From NCBI RefSeq assembly GCF_964355755.1, contig NC_092676.1, positions 20,726,871-20,790,870 on the forward strand: a DNA stretch of 64,000 nt, written 5' to 3'. A model generated the notes under the pieces. The model ran no database searches, had not been told where the DNA came from, and worked only from the letters and a program-made list of their open reading frames with translations. Of this stretch, positions 48,401 through 61,745 are shown piece after piece (within the stretch, counting starts at the first letter, position 1; the number at the start of each line of letters is the position of its first letter). The position numbers were made by a program, and so were the translations under genes. The stretch is from Antedon mediterranea (taxonomy: Eukaryota; Animalia; Echinodermata).

Positions 48401-51400
48401 ATTAAGAATTTTAGCATTTGCTCTTTTTATTTTTCAAATTTCCCTAAATTTAGACTTTGAATATGCCATTTTACAGTTTAATAAAGTCATTCACTTTAGG
48501 AAAAAAACGAAAAAAATATTACCCACTTATAAAAAGATGAAATAAACGGTAAAGTTTAACCAAAACCATAGTGTGACAGACAATTTGAATATTATTCGTT
48601 TAGTAATCATAATAACTAATATTCTCTCTGAGCTAATATGCTGCTTTCATTGTATTTGTTTGTGTCATTATTATTAATGAATCCGTATCTTGTAAAAAGT
48701 ACACCAAGATCATTGTATTATATTATACAACTTATATAGAAATTCAACAGTTTGTATTATATACAATAAACGTTTCGTCACCAAATCTGATTTTAATTGG
48801 TGTAGAATTCTTTCAAGTCTATCTGTTTCTTGTATAGCTTACAATGAAAAAGTAAAGTTCTGTTTGTTACTTTCTATCTAAGCAGACCATGCATACATGT
48901 GAATTTGTTATGGCAGACATTATATTATTATCAAAAGAAGGCTGCAATAAGCAGGGTAAAAAAACCAACAGAAATAGTCATATACAGTAAGTTCTATTTG
49001 ATATGATAACTAGGAAGGTATAATGCCACTATGTGTATTATGAACAGTGAAATGATTACCGTATCCAATAAAAACGAAAGCAAAACTTACCTCATATCTA
49101 ATGCTTTGCTTTCTTTAATGTCATTAGTCAATACTTTCCTACAAACAAAATCATAGGTTAAAATTATAATGGATACACGTAAACTAAATACTCTTTTGAT
49201 AAGAAGTAATAGCTAACATTACGGTACTTATCGGAAAGTTTTCGTTTTGGCAGCTCCCTACCAATTAATTGGGTGCACGCGGAACAACAAATTTAACTGA
49301 TGAATTATTTATGTTTATTTTGTGACGTTTCATGAGGGGTCCCCAACTTATGTACGAAAAAAAAAATCGCATCCCGCCTCGTGAATAAAAATACTGAAAG
49401 ATGATGGCGTATCAATTTGATCTCTGGTGCGCGTGCGTACAACTGAGGACTAGTGCTGTTCCGCCGTACCACTGAAAACTGAAATTGAAAGAAAAAAATA
49501 GTCTAAATTTCGGTAAGACAATAGATTTTTTTTGTTAAATTTAATTGTTTGTTTTGTCTTTTTTTTTTAAAAGGAAATCATGATATTGTTGGTGTTCTTA
49601 AAGGCCAGGTGCGGGCAAAAAATTTCTATTGATCATACATTCAAATAATTATCGATCTATAATTTTTTTGATTTTATTTGTGTTACATGAGCTTTTCGAA
49701 GTGTCTTAATTTACGGTTATTATACATTACATCATACATCTTAATGTTGACATTTTCCTACTTTTTCCAGCTTGCTTTGTTAGCTTAAATAAGCGACTCT
49801 TGTTTATATATATAAAAGTATCTCTTCGGAGATCCCGCCTCGTGAATAAAAATACTGAAAGATGAGGGCGTATCAATTTGATCTCTGGTGCGCGTGCGTA
49901 CAACTGAGGACTAGTGCTGTTCCGTCGTACCACGCCGAGAATGTTAAAGAGTCGCTATCCAATCGAGTTTGAACAATACCATGAAAGCCCCAGTGGTCTA
50001 ATGGTTAGTACATCTGCATATCCAGCAAGCGGTTCGAGTTCGAGTCTTGGTTGTGGCGACTTTTTCTCATTCTCACAGATTTCCTCTTCTTTATCGTTTC
50101 AAATTATTATATATATATATATATATTCAGCAAAAACGTCGGCACAAACATTGGACTGAAATTCCTATTCCTAGTAGACAAACATTTTCCAAAAGATAAC
50201 AAACTAAGAAAAATCTTCAACCGAAACACTATCAAGATTAGCTACAGTTGTATGAACAATATGAAACAGGTAATAGACAGCCACAACAAGAGAATACTCA
50301 ACCAGCAGCCCGAAACAACATCCGTGGAAAACACGCAAGAAAACAAAACATGCAACTGCCGACAGAAAAACACATGCCCGCTAAACGGAAATTGCTTACA
50401 ATCATCTGTAATATACCAAGCCACAGTTACACGCAAAGACAAATACACCTCGGAAACTTATATCGGACTCACTGAAAATGATTTTAAAACACGATACAGA
50501 AATCACACCTCATCATTCCGTAATACACGTTCTAGAAACTCAACCGAACTCAGTAAACATATTTGGACACTCAAGGACAACAACACAGACTATTCAATTT
50601 CATGGCGCATCTTGGCATCTACTAAAGCATATAGTAGCGCAAACAAAAAATGCAACCTCTGCCTCAAAGAGAAATTATTTATCATCCGCCACCTTGAATT
50701 ATCGACATTAAACAAACGTAACGAACTTGTGTCCGCCTGCCGGCACAGAAAGAAAGCATTGTTACATAACAGCTGACATTCCAAAACATATCACCTGTAA
50801 ATGCTAATTCTACAAGTAAATGTGCTTATAAGCAACTTTGTAATTGATTCTTCTCATTATAGTCTCCTGATGAGTGAGTTTCACGACTCACGAAACAAGC
50901 CTGTAGAGACCAAACTGTAGTTTTTACTTCTTTTCCAGACTTAACGTATATTTTAGCTCTACTTTACCGTATTGAGCACTTTTCAGACGGTTACATTGAA
51001 CCGAACATTTATATATATATATATATATATATAAATCCAAAGGCAAATTAGCTGTGGGTATCAGTGGCTGGATCTCAATGGAGATACAAAATAAAGCGAA
51101 AAGCTAAATCAAAACGAGAAGTAAAACAGCCAGAAAAGTTAGCAGAGCTTTCGGGCAACACTAGCCCCTCATCAGTGCAATATATATATATACTGTATAT
51201 ATATATATATATACCTTAATGTTGATATTTCCTGTTTTATTGTACAACGTATTTGGAGCTTTCTTTGGTCACTCATATAAAGTTAACTCTTTGTTATTGT
51301 TATAACTACAGTTTAAATTATACAATATACCTTAATGTTGATGCTTCCAGATTCACGCTGGTGTTTAACCAACCCCTGAAGGTGTCATATTGCTTCCTAT

Positions 51401-54048
51401 AAGTTTAAAATACAAATATGATATCGTATATAAAATAAAAACAAAAATAAAAAAACTGAAATTGAAAGAAAAAATAGTCTAAATTTCGCTGAGACAATAG
51501 ATTTTTTTTGTTAAATTTAATTGTTTGTTTTGTCTTTTTTTAAAAAAAGGAAATCATGTTATTGTTGGTGTTCTTAAAGGCCAGGTGCGGGCAAAAAATT
51601 TCTATTGATCATACATTCCAATAATTATCGATCTATAATTTTTTGGATTTTATTTGTGTTACACGAGGTTGTTGAAAATAAGCACTTTCTTATCAGTGTG
51701 GGGATAGTTCAAATTACACAGTAAAATCTCTATTCTTTTGTACACAGATTTTGTAAATAGAGAGGCATTTTAAAAAGCTATGAAAAATAAAAATGTGGTA
51801 AAAAATGTTATCAGATGACTTAATATAGGCAATATAAATTGAATTTCTGGTATTTTTATTCAACTTCAGATTTTTATTTTCATGATAGCAAAAAGTATCC
51901 ACCGTATATCCACCATCTTTTTTCACCTTTTAGGGAGTCACCAGACATGTTATTACATTAGATTAAACTACCCAACTACTGAAAAAAAGTTTTATGTCGG
52001 AGTATGTTATCGGAATAGTATGTAGTATGTTATGTTTAAATGTTAAAGCGCAATTCCATAGAAATTAGAATAATTAAATGTTAAATTAAATTGAAATAAT
52101 CAATCGTCTCGATTAAACATCCGTTGATTATTTAATCGAATCGGCGGTGCCGCGCGTTGTAACCTTTGATGTAGGGTCCGTGAGTTTTCCATGTAATTTA
52201 ACTCTTCCCTGAAATAATTAAATAAATTGTACATAAAATTAATTGGAATTGTAGATTGTTAATAAGAAATAAAAATGATTGTAAAAAGAAAAAAAAGTGA
52301 CTGAAACAACAATGATGATGGATTGTATTGTCAGGGAAGAGTGTAATTTAACTCTTCCCTGGTATTGTGGTGTTATTTAAGTATGTAGTATTGTATTAAG
52401 TAATTGAAGTAGTAATTGTATTAAGTTATTAAGGATAAATGAAAAATAATATGCAAAAGATTGAGGAGTTACCTAAATGAAGGGGAGAATGTTCAGAAGG
52501 TGAATCAGTGTGCAATAGAGCATACTGTATTGTTCTTTGTTACACCTTTATGCAAATTAGCTATATATAAACATTGCACAGGTTGTTGTACGGGGCAGTC
52601 GACAATTGAGCTTCGTGCTGGGTGTAGTCAATACGACAAATAAATGGAAGCTTCGGCGACACCAAACAATTATTGTGGTGATGCGTTTAATTTATGTGTT
52701 TGTCGACCAGTCAATTCAGTTTATTATAGTTGGGGCCTACGTTTGTTTTGAGACTTCGAAACACTGGTTTTTATGGCAGAATTTTGCCAAATTTTGTATT
52801 TGACCATATTAAGGGAAATTCATGTTTTTTCGTCTTGATTTCTGTTACAAATATTTGATTTATGTACAATTAACAAGATCTTATATTTAAAATTCATGCC
52901 TGTACCAGAGCTTTAACGAAAGTAAATAATAACAGCATAAATATTTCGTCCGTGTTGAACAACCGTGTTATTTGAATTACGCATATTTTGTTTAGGAATT
53001 CTTTATCATGTTTGAAATAATAGGTTATTAAAAGATAAAATTAGATTATCATTATTAATGTCATCATAAATGTCATCAAGTAAAAATAAAATTTTGCCAA
53101 GTAATAGTACCTGTTACTTGTCAAAATAAATTGTTTTTTTTTAGGATTACTCAAAAAGTTATTGCAATATCTTTACCAAAATGAAAATACAGATAGATAT
53201 GTGGTCAATGACCACTCAATTATATTTTGGAGGCAATCCGAACCAGGGTCCCAATTCTGGACCACTTTTAGTATTATTTCCAGACCTATCTAGTGTTAAA
53301 AGATAGTCAACTGAAATTGCATTGCTACTTGTCCAAACAACTTTGGAGCAAGAGTTATAATTTGTGATTTGACATCAGGGGCGGACCCAGGGGCATAGTG
53401 GCAACACCCATAATTTCATACTAAATGTTGTTTCTGCCACTAAATTAAAATCACATACACATGTTTGTAGTGAAATTAGCCTAATCACACACAGCATTAA
53501 GACACAAATAAAAATTGTTTCCCCGATGAAAGGAGAATTTATTTGTTTATGTACTCTCGGAGTGCCGTCCTAGTTATAAACCAATTCAAATTGATACATG
53601 AGGTTGCATATATTTACAAATAATTATAACACTATTTTGAAATACAACATGTTAAACAATACAAGTTAAGCTTTAAATATATAAATAAACAAAAAGATGC
53701 TTTTGATCTAAGATAATTGGTTAGATGTTTTGCCCTACTCTGACGTAATTTGTACGTTATACTATATATATTTGAGTACAAAGAGTAGGGTAACACATCT
53801 GACAAATTACTCAACTCCCTGACGCAAAGCTACTCCATAGTAGTTAAATAATGATGATTATTATAAATAGTAACAAACAAAATGTAATCACCAATCAATT
53901 TCAATATAATACACGTTACAACTTACGGACTGTTATCACTTGAAATGACTGTCCGATGCTTTGCTATGATTTGAAAAATATAGACGGTAACCGCACCCAG
54001 TAAAAACCAAGTAAATCTTCGCGCTAATATTGACCGAGAACTTGCCAT
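39439..54048 (-). CDS. ST8Sia-like (GT29) sialyltransferase, paralog A
   Basis: Signal-anchor exon 54048-53927 ([28 protein letters not shown]); stem exons 51396-51331, broken ~41540-41483 and 41360-41313; sialylmotif L exon 40447-39941; last exon 39697-39439 with motif S ([16 protein letters not shown]), HYYD, VS (HHMPAE) and terminal Cys. Linking the 5' exons to the 3' exons is inferred. Confidence 0.8.
42294..44852. mobile_element. Nested non-autonomous DNA transposons
   Basis: Outer ~95 bp TIRs TACGCCTTTTTCACGAAACGGAAGAC / GTCTTCCGTTTCGTGAAAAAAGGCGTA. Inside is a hAT-like CAGGCCCGTAGCCAG element (42582-44422, right end repeated at 44751). Inside that is a pogo-like element (~43028-44078) with ATATTTCGGTGTA termini. 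Confidence 0.8.
46061..46637. mobile_element. hAT-like MITE with subterminal tandem motifs
   Basis: TIR AGGGGTCGTCAAACACACGGCCAGC / GCTGGCCGTGTGTTTGACGACCCCTG; repeated GGCCAGCCTGTGGT..GAGGGCGCTAGACAT in inverted orientation at both ends. Confidence 0.85.
47712..49270 (-). pseudogene. Partial internal duplicate of sialyltransferase exons (truncated sialylmotif-L exon)
   Basis: Near-identical to ~40000-41490; ends abruptly at AGIKQK* with no motif S/VS exon of its own. Confidence 0.85.
49987..50058 (+). repeat. tRNA-like sequence (tRNA-derived SINE head or tRNA pseudogene)
   Basis: A box TGGTCTAATGG, B box GTTCGAGTC, imperfect acceptor stem GCCCCAG/TTGTGGC, following T tract; anticodon arm poorly paired. 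Confidence 0.65.
50126..51010 (+). mobile_element. 5'-truncated Penelope-like element with GIY-YIG endonuclease
   Basis: ORF to 50776 with [42 protein letters not shown] and CNLCLKEK; flanked by (TA)n; hammerhead in 3' region. Confidence 0.93.
50862..50910 (+). ncRNA. Type I hammerhead ribozyme (PLE-associated)
   Basis: GTCTC-CTGATGA-GTGAGT/ACTCAC-GAAA-CA/TG-TA-GAGAC: complete core with stems I-III. Confidence 0.88.
51139..51180 (-). ncRNA. Minimal type I hammerhead ribozyme of a second PLE family (fragment 51031-51181)
   Basis: Minus strand TTGCA-CTGATGA-GGGGC..GCCC-GAAAGCTC-TGCTAA, with palindromic AGCT in place of a stable stem III. Confidence 0.7.
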
Positions 54049-54368
54049 TGAAAACTTGCTGAAAGGTGATAGCGAAACACAAATAATCCTCTAACAGTGA
54101 TGAGAACCTTTAGAAATATAATATTAGTAAAATATTTTATAAAAATAATTTAGGCTACTGCAGGCAAAAGTAAGCGAAATCGCGGAGGAAATAAATAATT
54201 AATGTGCATAGACGATCAAACTGCGACTGCGTCCTTTTGTGTTCACTAAACCGTGAAAATGTGTTTCCTAGTAATTGCATTATGGAACAATACCGTATAC
54301 CATAATGTTATGTATGTCCATGTAAATGATAACATTTTATTTGTTCAAACTACATAGTAAAATACAGT

Positions 54369-57300
54369 TAGAAACAGGAAACAACATAGAATAATGTGAA
54401 CGTACAGAGGAGAAACAAAATAATGTTCAAAATCAAATTCCAAATAACAAAGCTTGTTTCTGGTTACTACGAGTTTTTTTTGTTTTTTTTCCCTACTTAC
54501 TATACATACACCATATTCGTAGTTATATTCTGCTACTTCTGTATTAAACGCTATAGTTTTTGATCTTAATTTGACCGCTTGCTGAGTATTGGATAGTTCC
54601 TACTCTTGCAGGTTTCTGCTATTTCTTAATTAAAATGTATAGTAACTGAGTAGTTGCTGCATAGTTTTTGCTGTGTCTATCTTTAGAAAATGTCTGCAAT
54701 TTCATCGCTAGTATAGCTAGGTGGGCCTATGGCTAGTAAATGCTGGTTTACATTGTACCGTACCACTTTACATTTAAAAGCTAGTTTTTGCTATTTGACC
54801 GACTTGACCTGTAATTGGTTAGTTACTTCATATAGTTTCTGCTATTTCTATCTTTAGGAAATCTATTTGACCGTAGGTATAGTATTATGAGTTACTGCTT
54901 CCTTACATTACCGCTTTCCAGTTAAGCGCGCTAGTTTTTGCTATTTGTGCGCTAAATTGTGTACTTACTTCATAGTTTCTGCTATTTCTTTCTTTAGAAA
55001 TATCTCCTATTTGACTAGCTTTCATGACTAGTTACTTTTTTTTCTCTTTTGTGGCGCAAACACCACTTTTATTCACATTCATATTATCTCATAGATGGCT
55101 AGTTACTGCTGACTTTAGAAAATGTCTGCTATTTGACCGCTAGTTAGCAATGACTATAATAGTTAGGCCTACTAATATTAGATAGCTTTAGCAACGAAAA
55201 CGGATACGTCATGCACACGTATTCGTTTTCGTAAGCCAGTAAAAATAGAGAGGTTTCGCAACGCTACGAATACTAATAACGAAAACGGATACGTCACGCA
55301 CACGTATTTGTTTTCGTAAGCCAGTAAAAATTGGTTTTGCTTGGGAACGAAATATTGAGGGCGCCGTCCAAAATATGACTGCGGTAAATTTAAGCGAAGC
55401 GCAGGTATGTGTTGTTGTAGTTACGAATGACTTGGGATCAGCTCAAAAGTTTCACAAATGGATGTGTGACGTATCCGTTTTCGTATTCGTAAGGTTGTGA
55501 AACCTCCCTATTATTAATGTATATTCGTCAATTCATATTTCTTTCATACTTTTATTGATTCGTGGTCGAACACCATTTTATTATTCAAAATGTGCAATAA
55601 CCAGCTGTCCAGGTCAATATGCACATGTTAAGTGGAACCAGGTCGAAATGGAACTTACACAACGTTCTATGAACAACTTTGTGCAATATTTTTTCTACTA
55701 TTTTAATGATGCTGTTTACATTGACGACGATTTTCATCCGATACCTATTTATTATTCAAAATGTGCAATATCAATAACTGGCCTTACATCATTACAAGTA
55801 CGAAAGAAATCGAAGGTTAAATTCCTTGGCAGGGCTGTGTCATACTATTCAAATTCGGTTAGTACTCTACGTATTTGGTCTGTTGTACTTGGAGGGGACA
55901 TAGAAGTCAATCCTGGCCCAAATGCTACTAATTTGAATAATAAATGTAGCTCTTTAAAGGTGTACTACCAAAACGTTCGTAGTGTAAAAAATAAAATGGA
56001 ATCGTATAAATCGGAATTGTTTAGTCACATGTGCACAAGATACATAGACGTTGTAGCACTAACTGAAACCTGGTTAAATAACACTGTAATTGATTGTGAA
56101 CTGTCTTTAGATGGCTTTAATCTATATCGCAGGGACCGGCAAGAGGACAAGAGAGGAGGTGGAGTTTTAATCTTAATTAACAACAAATACAGGTCGTGTC
56201 GTCTCATTAAGTTTGAAGATGAAAGTCAAGAACTAATGTGGGTCAAAATTCAACTGTCTAGAAAAAAATTTTTAATTATTGGTATATATTATCGCCCACC
56301 ATCGGCACCTAAATCTCAAATCGATCGTCTCTGTGAGTCTATAAACAATGTGCAATATGAATTTCAGGGCTTCAATCATGACGTTATGTTATTAGGAGAT
56401 TTTAATCTACCTGAGATAAAATGGCGTTTGAATAGTTATAATAAGTGCAATATTGTTGAATGTGAAGCTCCCGACAACTCTAATGGCAAATTTTTTATAG
56501 ATAATATTTTACAGGGCAATAATTTTAATCAATTTGTATATTTTCCGACATGTGCCGATCACACTCTTGATCTTGTCTTGTGCAATACTATATGCCATGA
56601 AGTTTCATCCGGTGAAGATATTTTTCACTTCTGACCACTGTGCAATAAATTTTAAATATCCTATAGAGTTTAACAAACACCTTATCAATAATGACGATCG
56701 ATTGTTACATAACTTTAAAAAACTTAACAAATTAGATTTTATACAAACGCTTTCTCATATTCCTTGGCATTTACTTGATCTTGCCGTTGACATTGATGAC
56801 GCAGTTAATTTATTTTATGATTTTATTTTTGCTGCTATCAAAGATCTTGTCCCGGTTTTTAGACCTAAGAGAAAACTCCCACCATGGTTTGATAATGAGC
56901 TCTACACTGCTCTGAAATCTAAAGAATCATATTTTAGAGAAAAAAAACGTAATCCAAATAGGTTAAATATTGAAAATTTTCGATTTGCTAAGTCAAATTT
57001 TAAACGACTTTGTAGATTTAAGTATCGAACCTATGTTAATTCATTATGTTGTAATTTAAGTTGTAATCCGAAACGTTTTTGGTCTTGGATAAAATCCTCA
57101 AAAAAAAATAATAATAACATTCCTTCAGAACTTCATTTTAATAATCAGTCAGCTTACACTGTAAAAGACAAAGCAAACTTACTTAATCAATTTTTTTATT
57201 CTGTTTTTAGTCCTATTAACAACGATTTGGATGTTCCTAATCTTCCTGAATATCCCATTGATTGCTTATCTAAACTTGAGTTTAATCAGGAGGTTATAGA

Positions 57301-58880
57301 AAAGCACATTAATGAAATTGATTCTCATAAGGCTTCAGGTAATGATGGTCTAAGTAATATTGTTTTGTCTTTAGCTGCCAAACCTCTTTCTTTCCCTTGT
57401 AAAATTTTATTTGAAAGATGCATTTCTGAGAAACGTTTTCCGATAAAATGGAAGCAAGCTAACGTGTGCCCTATCTTTAAAGCTGGTTCTAAATCTGATG
57501 TACGGAATTATAGACCGGTTTCATTGTTGCCAACTATTTCTATTTGAAAAAATTGTTCACGACCAAATTTTTAAACATATATCACCAGTTATTAGTGACC
57601 ATCAACACGGATTTTACCCAGGGAGGTCTTGTGAAACAAATTTGTCTGTTCTGTTGTCACATGCGTATGACGCAATAAATGCAAAAGGGCAATGCGAAGT
57701 TGTATATACAGACATGGCTAAAGCCTTTGACAGGGTCTCCCATAAGTTACTCTTGTTCAAACTACAACAATTTGGTCTAAATCACGATTTAATTTTATTT
57801 TTTACAAGTTATTTATCGGACAGGTTTCAGAGAGTCACTTTTGATGGTAACACGTCTGAATGGCTTCCAGTTTTATCTGGCGTGCCTCAGGGGTCGATTT
57901 TTCCTTTGTTCCTCGTCATTCTAATGTTCTTATGTTTGCTGACGATATTAAATTATTTAAGTCTATACAAACCTTAAATGATATGTTGTTGTTACAAGAA
58001 GACGTTGACAGACTCATTCACTGGTGCGACACTTGGAATATGTCAGTCAATGCCTCCAAATGCAAATCAATGTCTTTTACTCTTAAGAAAAAACCCATCT
58101 ATTTTGACTTTTATATTAAGAATATTATACTTGAAAGAGTCTCTGTTCACAAAGACCTTGGTATTTTTTTAGATAGTTCATTAACTTTCTGTAAACATAT
58201 TGATTTTATAGTCTCTAAATGCAATAGACTTTTGGGTTTTCTTTGGAGACATTGCAGACATATTAACGATAAAAAGGCATTAGTTATTTTATACAAATCT
58301 TTAGTTAGGTCGAATCTTGAATTCTGCAGTGTTATTTTTAACTCTATTTCTCTTGCCTAGTCTTCTAGATTACAAAGTGTTCAGAACAAGTTTTGTCGAT
58401 TTTATGTGCGTAAATTTGGTTCTATTAGCAAAGACGTTCTTATTAATTTAGCGGGTAGGCGTAAGTTATTTGATTTAATTTTTCTTTTTAAGGCTGTGAA
58501 CTCAATTTTCCATGGTAATTTTGAAGTGTACTTTCCTATTTCTGTTCCACAATATCAATTGCGTAATCCTGCTTTATTTTCTATATCAAGAGGGAGGGTA
58601 AATATTACTAAAAATGGTTTTGTTAATCGTTTGCCTAAGTTATACCACTCACTATGAAAAATTGATGGATCTGTTGATGTTTTTTTTTTATTCCCTTGCT
58701 TGTTTCCGTCACAAGGTTTTGTCTAATGTCAGTAATATTTAAATGTTGTCTTGTTATCTATTGATTTTTGCTTGTATATAATATGTTATATTTTACGACT
58801 TTCAACCCTGTTAATGGTGACGTTTGGTCACTGTAGGGTGATGATGAAATAAAAAAAAAAAATAAAAAAAAAAAAAACAC
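54369..58880 (+). mobile_element. Frameshifted LINE (CR1/L2 group) with 2A-like peptide
   Basis: APE (LTETW, GGGV, YRPP, GDFN, SDH) and RT (YRPVSLL, DMAKAFD, GVPQGS, FADD) split across frames 55555-58657; 3' hairpin 58806-58840; poly(A) to ~58877; possible TSD GTAAAATACAGT at 54357-54368 and 58882-58893. The 5' boundary is tentative. Confidence 0.9.
55246..55511. mobile_element. MITE inserted upstream of the LINE ORF
   Basis: TAGAGAGGTTTCGCAAC..TACGAATAC / GTATTCGTA..GTTGTGAAACCTCCCTA inverted ends; partial tandem duplicate at ~55190-55245. Confidence 0.7.
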
Positions 58881-59013
58881 GGTAAAATACAGTACATTAT
58901 AGGCCTAGTTAATGTTGGCAAATAAATATTTTGTAAAACTTGTTAAAACTTGAAATGAAACTACAGTAAGTTACAGATATGCTTACAGTACATAATAATA
59001 GTTATGTTAGTTG

Positions 59014-59430
59014 CTAATAGAAATAATTAACGAAAACATTTATTGAATGTTTAAATTTCGAACGCATATAAATAAGTGTGAACAAATACGGATTGACTGA
59101 CGAGTATATAGGTATGATGAATGTTGCTGACCAAACATATATATCTTCTGGAATATCCCACCAATTCAGGTCTGAAGCAATCCCCATCACTATAATCGGA
59201 AACCAGCAACAGAAGTCGGTAAAAACTATAATCATTAGTTTCCATATCAGTTCACAGTGGCTCCTGATCGCTTAACAGAGAGGAAAATCGTGACATAACT
59301 CACAGCAATTACAATAAATCCAAGAGCGTTGAATGCAATAAATATGACAATGGCATACTCCCAACCCGCTAATCGGCTTCGTGTTAGAGGCTCAGTCTCT
59401 TTGATATCATTGGACAAAAACTTACCCAAA
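59014..59430 (-). pseudogene. LGR/GRL101/RXFP-like GPCR remnant (TM5-TM7)
   Basis: GWEYAIVIFIAFN..VIAVSY, IVFTDFCCWFPI and FIIPIYSSVNPYLFT; stop/frame disruption between TM5 and TM6; upstream TMs missing. Confidence 0.8.
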
Positions 59431-60756
59431 AAATGCCGATGATGATTCTACACGTTTTGCGGTTCAGACGTTTAGTCTCCTATTTGAACAAAATTAACCA
59501 AAAGTTGAAAAGTACAAAACATGCTTCTCTGATAATTGGATTACAGCTAATGTGATCGAGCACAAAAAAAACAAGAATCCGTGACAGTAATAACAGGCTA
59601 CAGGCAGAGCTGTTTGAAGTGCCTGACCCAGTAGTAGCAAAACCGGATGGAAATCTTAGTGAAGCTAATGTTGACATTAGAGCTATGTTGACATTTAACT
59701 CATGTTAACACAATATTGTGCACTGTCAACTTTGGTTTGTAAATTGAACTGGGGTTTTGTTTTAGGAGTTCTGAAGTTTTCAAAGCATACCGTTAATTTT
59801 AAGACATTGTATAATAATCATTCAGGTCCAAAATTAGGTTAGTTTGTTAAAGTACAGTCGTTTACATAGCATAGAGTTAAAAATTAAATCCCTTAGAGAG
59901 GGGAAATCGTTTTTAGCATTTAAACAATTAGAATTGTTCATTCTTAAGTACGTTTAAACATGAAAACTGCAGACATATGTTACACTGATTTGTTTTTTAC
60001 TTTTGAAGTTAGAATGGTTTATCTGCAAAATTAATTACCCAGAATTCCATGTAAAGGCGCTGACAGAAATATGACAGCAGGCTCATTTCAACTAACCTTT
60101 ATATGTATTATGTAATACCAAATATCGAAATAAACATATTAGAATAGCAGCAATTGGATTCAGAATTTTCAATCGTGTTTTTTTCAAAACTTTCAAAAGT
60201 GTACTGGGACCTTGTTAATTCTCGGTTGACGACATGGTTTGAAATTCTTTAATCATCTATCATCAACTTTCTTTATCTAATTAGTATACATTTGATGATG
60301 ATGCATAAATAACAAAGCTGAATTAATTGTGGAGGACCTGGATTGTATTTTGTTGGGATATTTTTTTCTTTTGATGTTGTTTGCACCATTTTGCAAGTGT
60401 AGAGCGCTATAAAGCACGCTTTGACAACATTCACACGAAGACACAGACCTGTGTGTTAATGTCATTTTATTCTAAAAATGACGAATAACTTGCAGCACAC
60501 TTACAACAGTTTCTTCAGAATGTACAATGGTGCTGCCCCAAACAAATTAGTTAAGTAATATTAAAAGTAAAACAAGCAAGTATAAGATGAAGTTGGAATA
60601 AAATAGGCCTATATATAAAATCATAAAATTACTTGAGCTTGTAAAGTTAAAACAACTGACATTGGATGCCCAAAAGCCCCACATTCATCCGAATTAAACA
60701 AAAGAAAAGGCGGAGCAAGGGATGTGAAGGCGGCCGGAATTTCTTGCAGTGGTAGT

Positions 60757-61240
60757 TAATTCAGATTCAGATTCGATTTATTAAGTCATTCATACATAGT
60801 GCAATGATAATTGTTTCCTTGGCAGAAAAACACAAGCAAAACAATACACACATTATTTACATTCGTGATCAACAACAACTGATCAAGCAATATAAAATAC
60901 AACAGACCTAATGACCTAACTTTGAAACTCATTGTTGCGTAGTCTAATAGCGCTAGGTAAGAATGAAAATTTATGTCTATTTGTTTTAACTGGAATTGTT
61001 GTTAATTTTCCAGATCTGGTAACTACTAACTTATTGTTGAGAATATGAGATTCATTAGATAAAATACTATTTAATTTAGATATCATTTCATCATTACACA
61101 TTTGTGTGATATCTTTAATCTCGACACCAGTAATTTTGCTTGCATTCCTAACTATTCTGTTAACTCACTCACATTTCTCTTTGTTAGCACATTTGCCAAA
61201 GTAACACAGCAAAAGCTTAATACAGATTGAATAACACTTA
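60757..61240 (-). mobile_element. 3' fragment of a LINE
   Basis: C-terminal RSG...KTNRHKFSFLPSAIRL motif and tail AATAAATCGAATCTGAATCTGAA on the minus strand. Confidence 0.7.
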
Positions 61241-61745
61241 AGCACATACAAAAGAAACGGATCTTAAACAACTATAATAGTAAAACCAAACATAGCAAAA
61301 ATTACAAAACTATTCAACGGAGCATACAGGTAAAACATTGTTGACTTTCCTTAAGCAATAAAGAAATTGAATTGAATTGAATTAAGCTCTGCATACACTA
61401 TCAAACTAGTTTGACAAAAAAGGTGTGATGTGCCCATATATGGTAGTGATTTGACATCATCATGTTCATGTATGGGAACATCACATTTTTTGTCACATCA
61501 AGTTTAGAGTGTAGACAAGGCTTTATTCAAGTTAAGAATATAATTATGATTCTATAGTCGAAATCGGCGGATGTGTGTGAAGAACATTGAGAGAGATTCT
61601 TATCGGAAAGTTCAATAGTTTTAAAGTCTAAGGTTGAACATTGAAAAACACATGTGATATTATTGCATATAATGTTGTTGTTATTTGTTGGATTACACAC
61701 AAAGGGTACCACTTATAATTAAAACAATGTTTACACCCAACCCAT

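Noticed and set aside
49987-50058. Functional tRNA gene
   Set aside because: Mismatched acceptor and anticodon stems and embedded among repeats; SINE or pseudogene is more likely.
59480-60470. LRR ectodomain of the GPCR remnant
   Set aside because: Only scattered LRR-like fragments with many stops; cannot be modelled reliably by eye.
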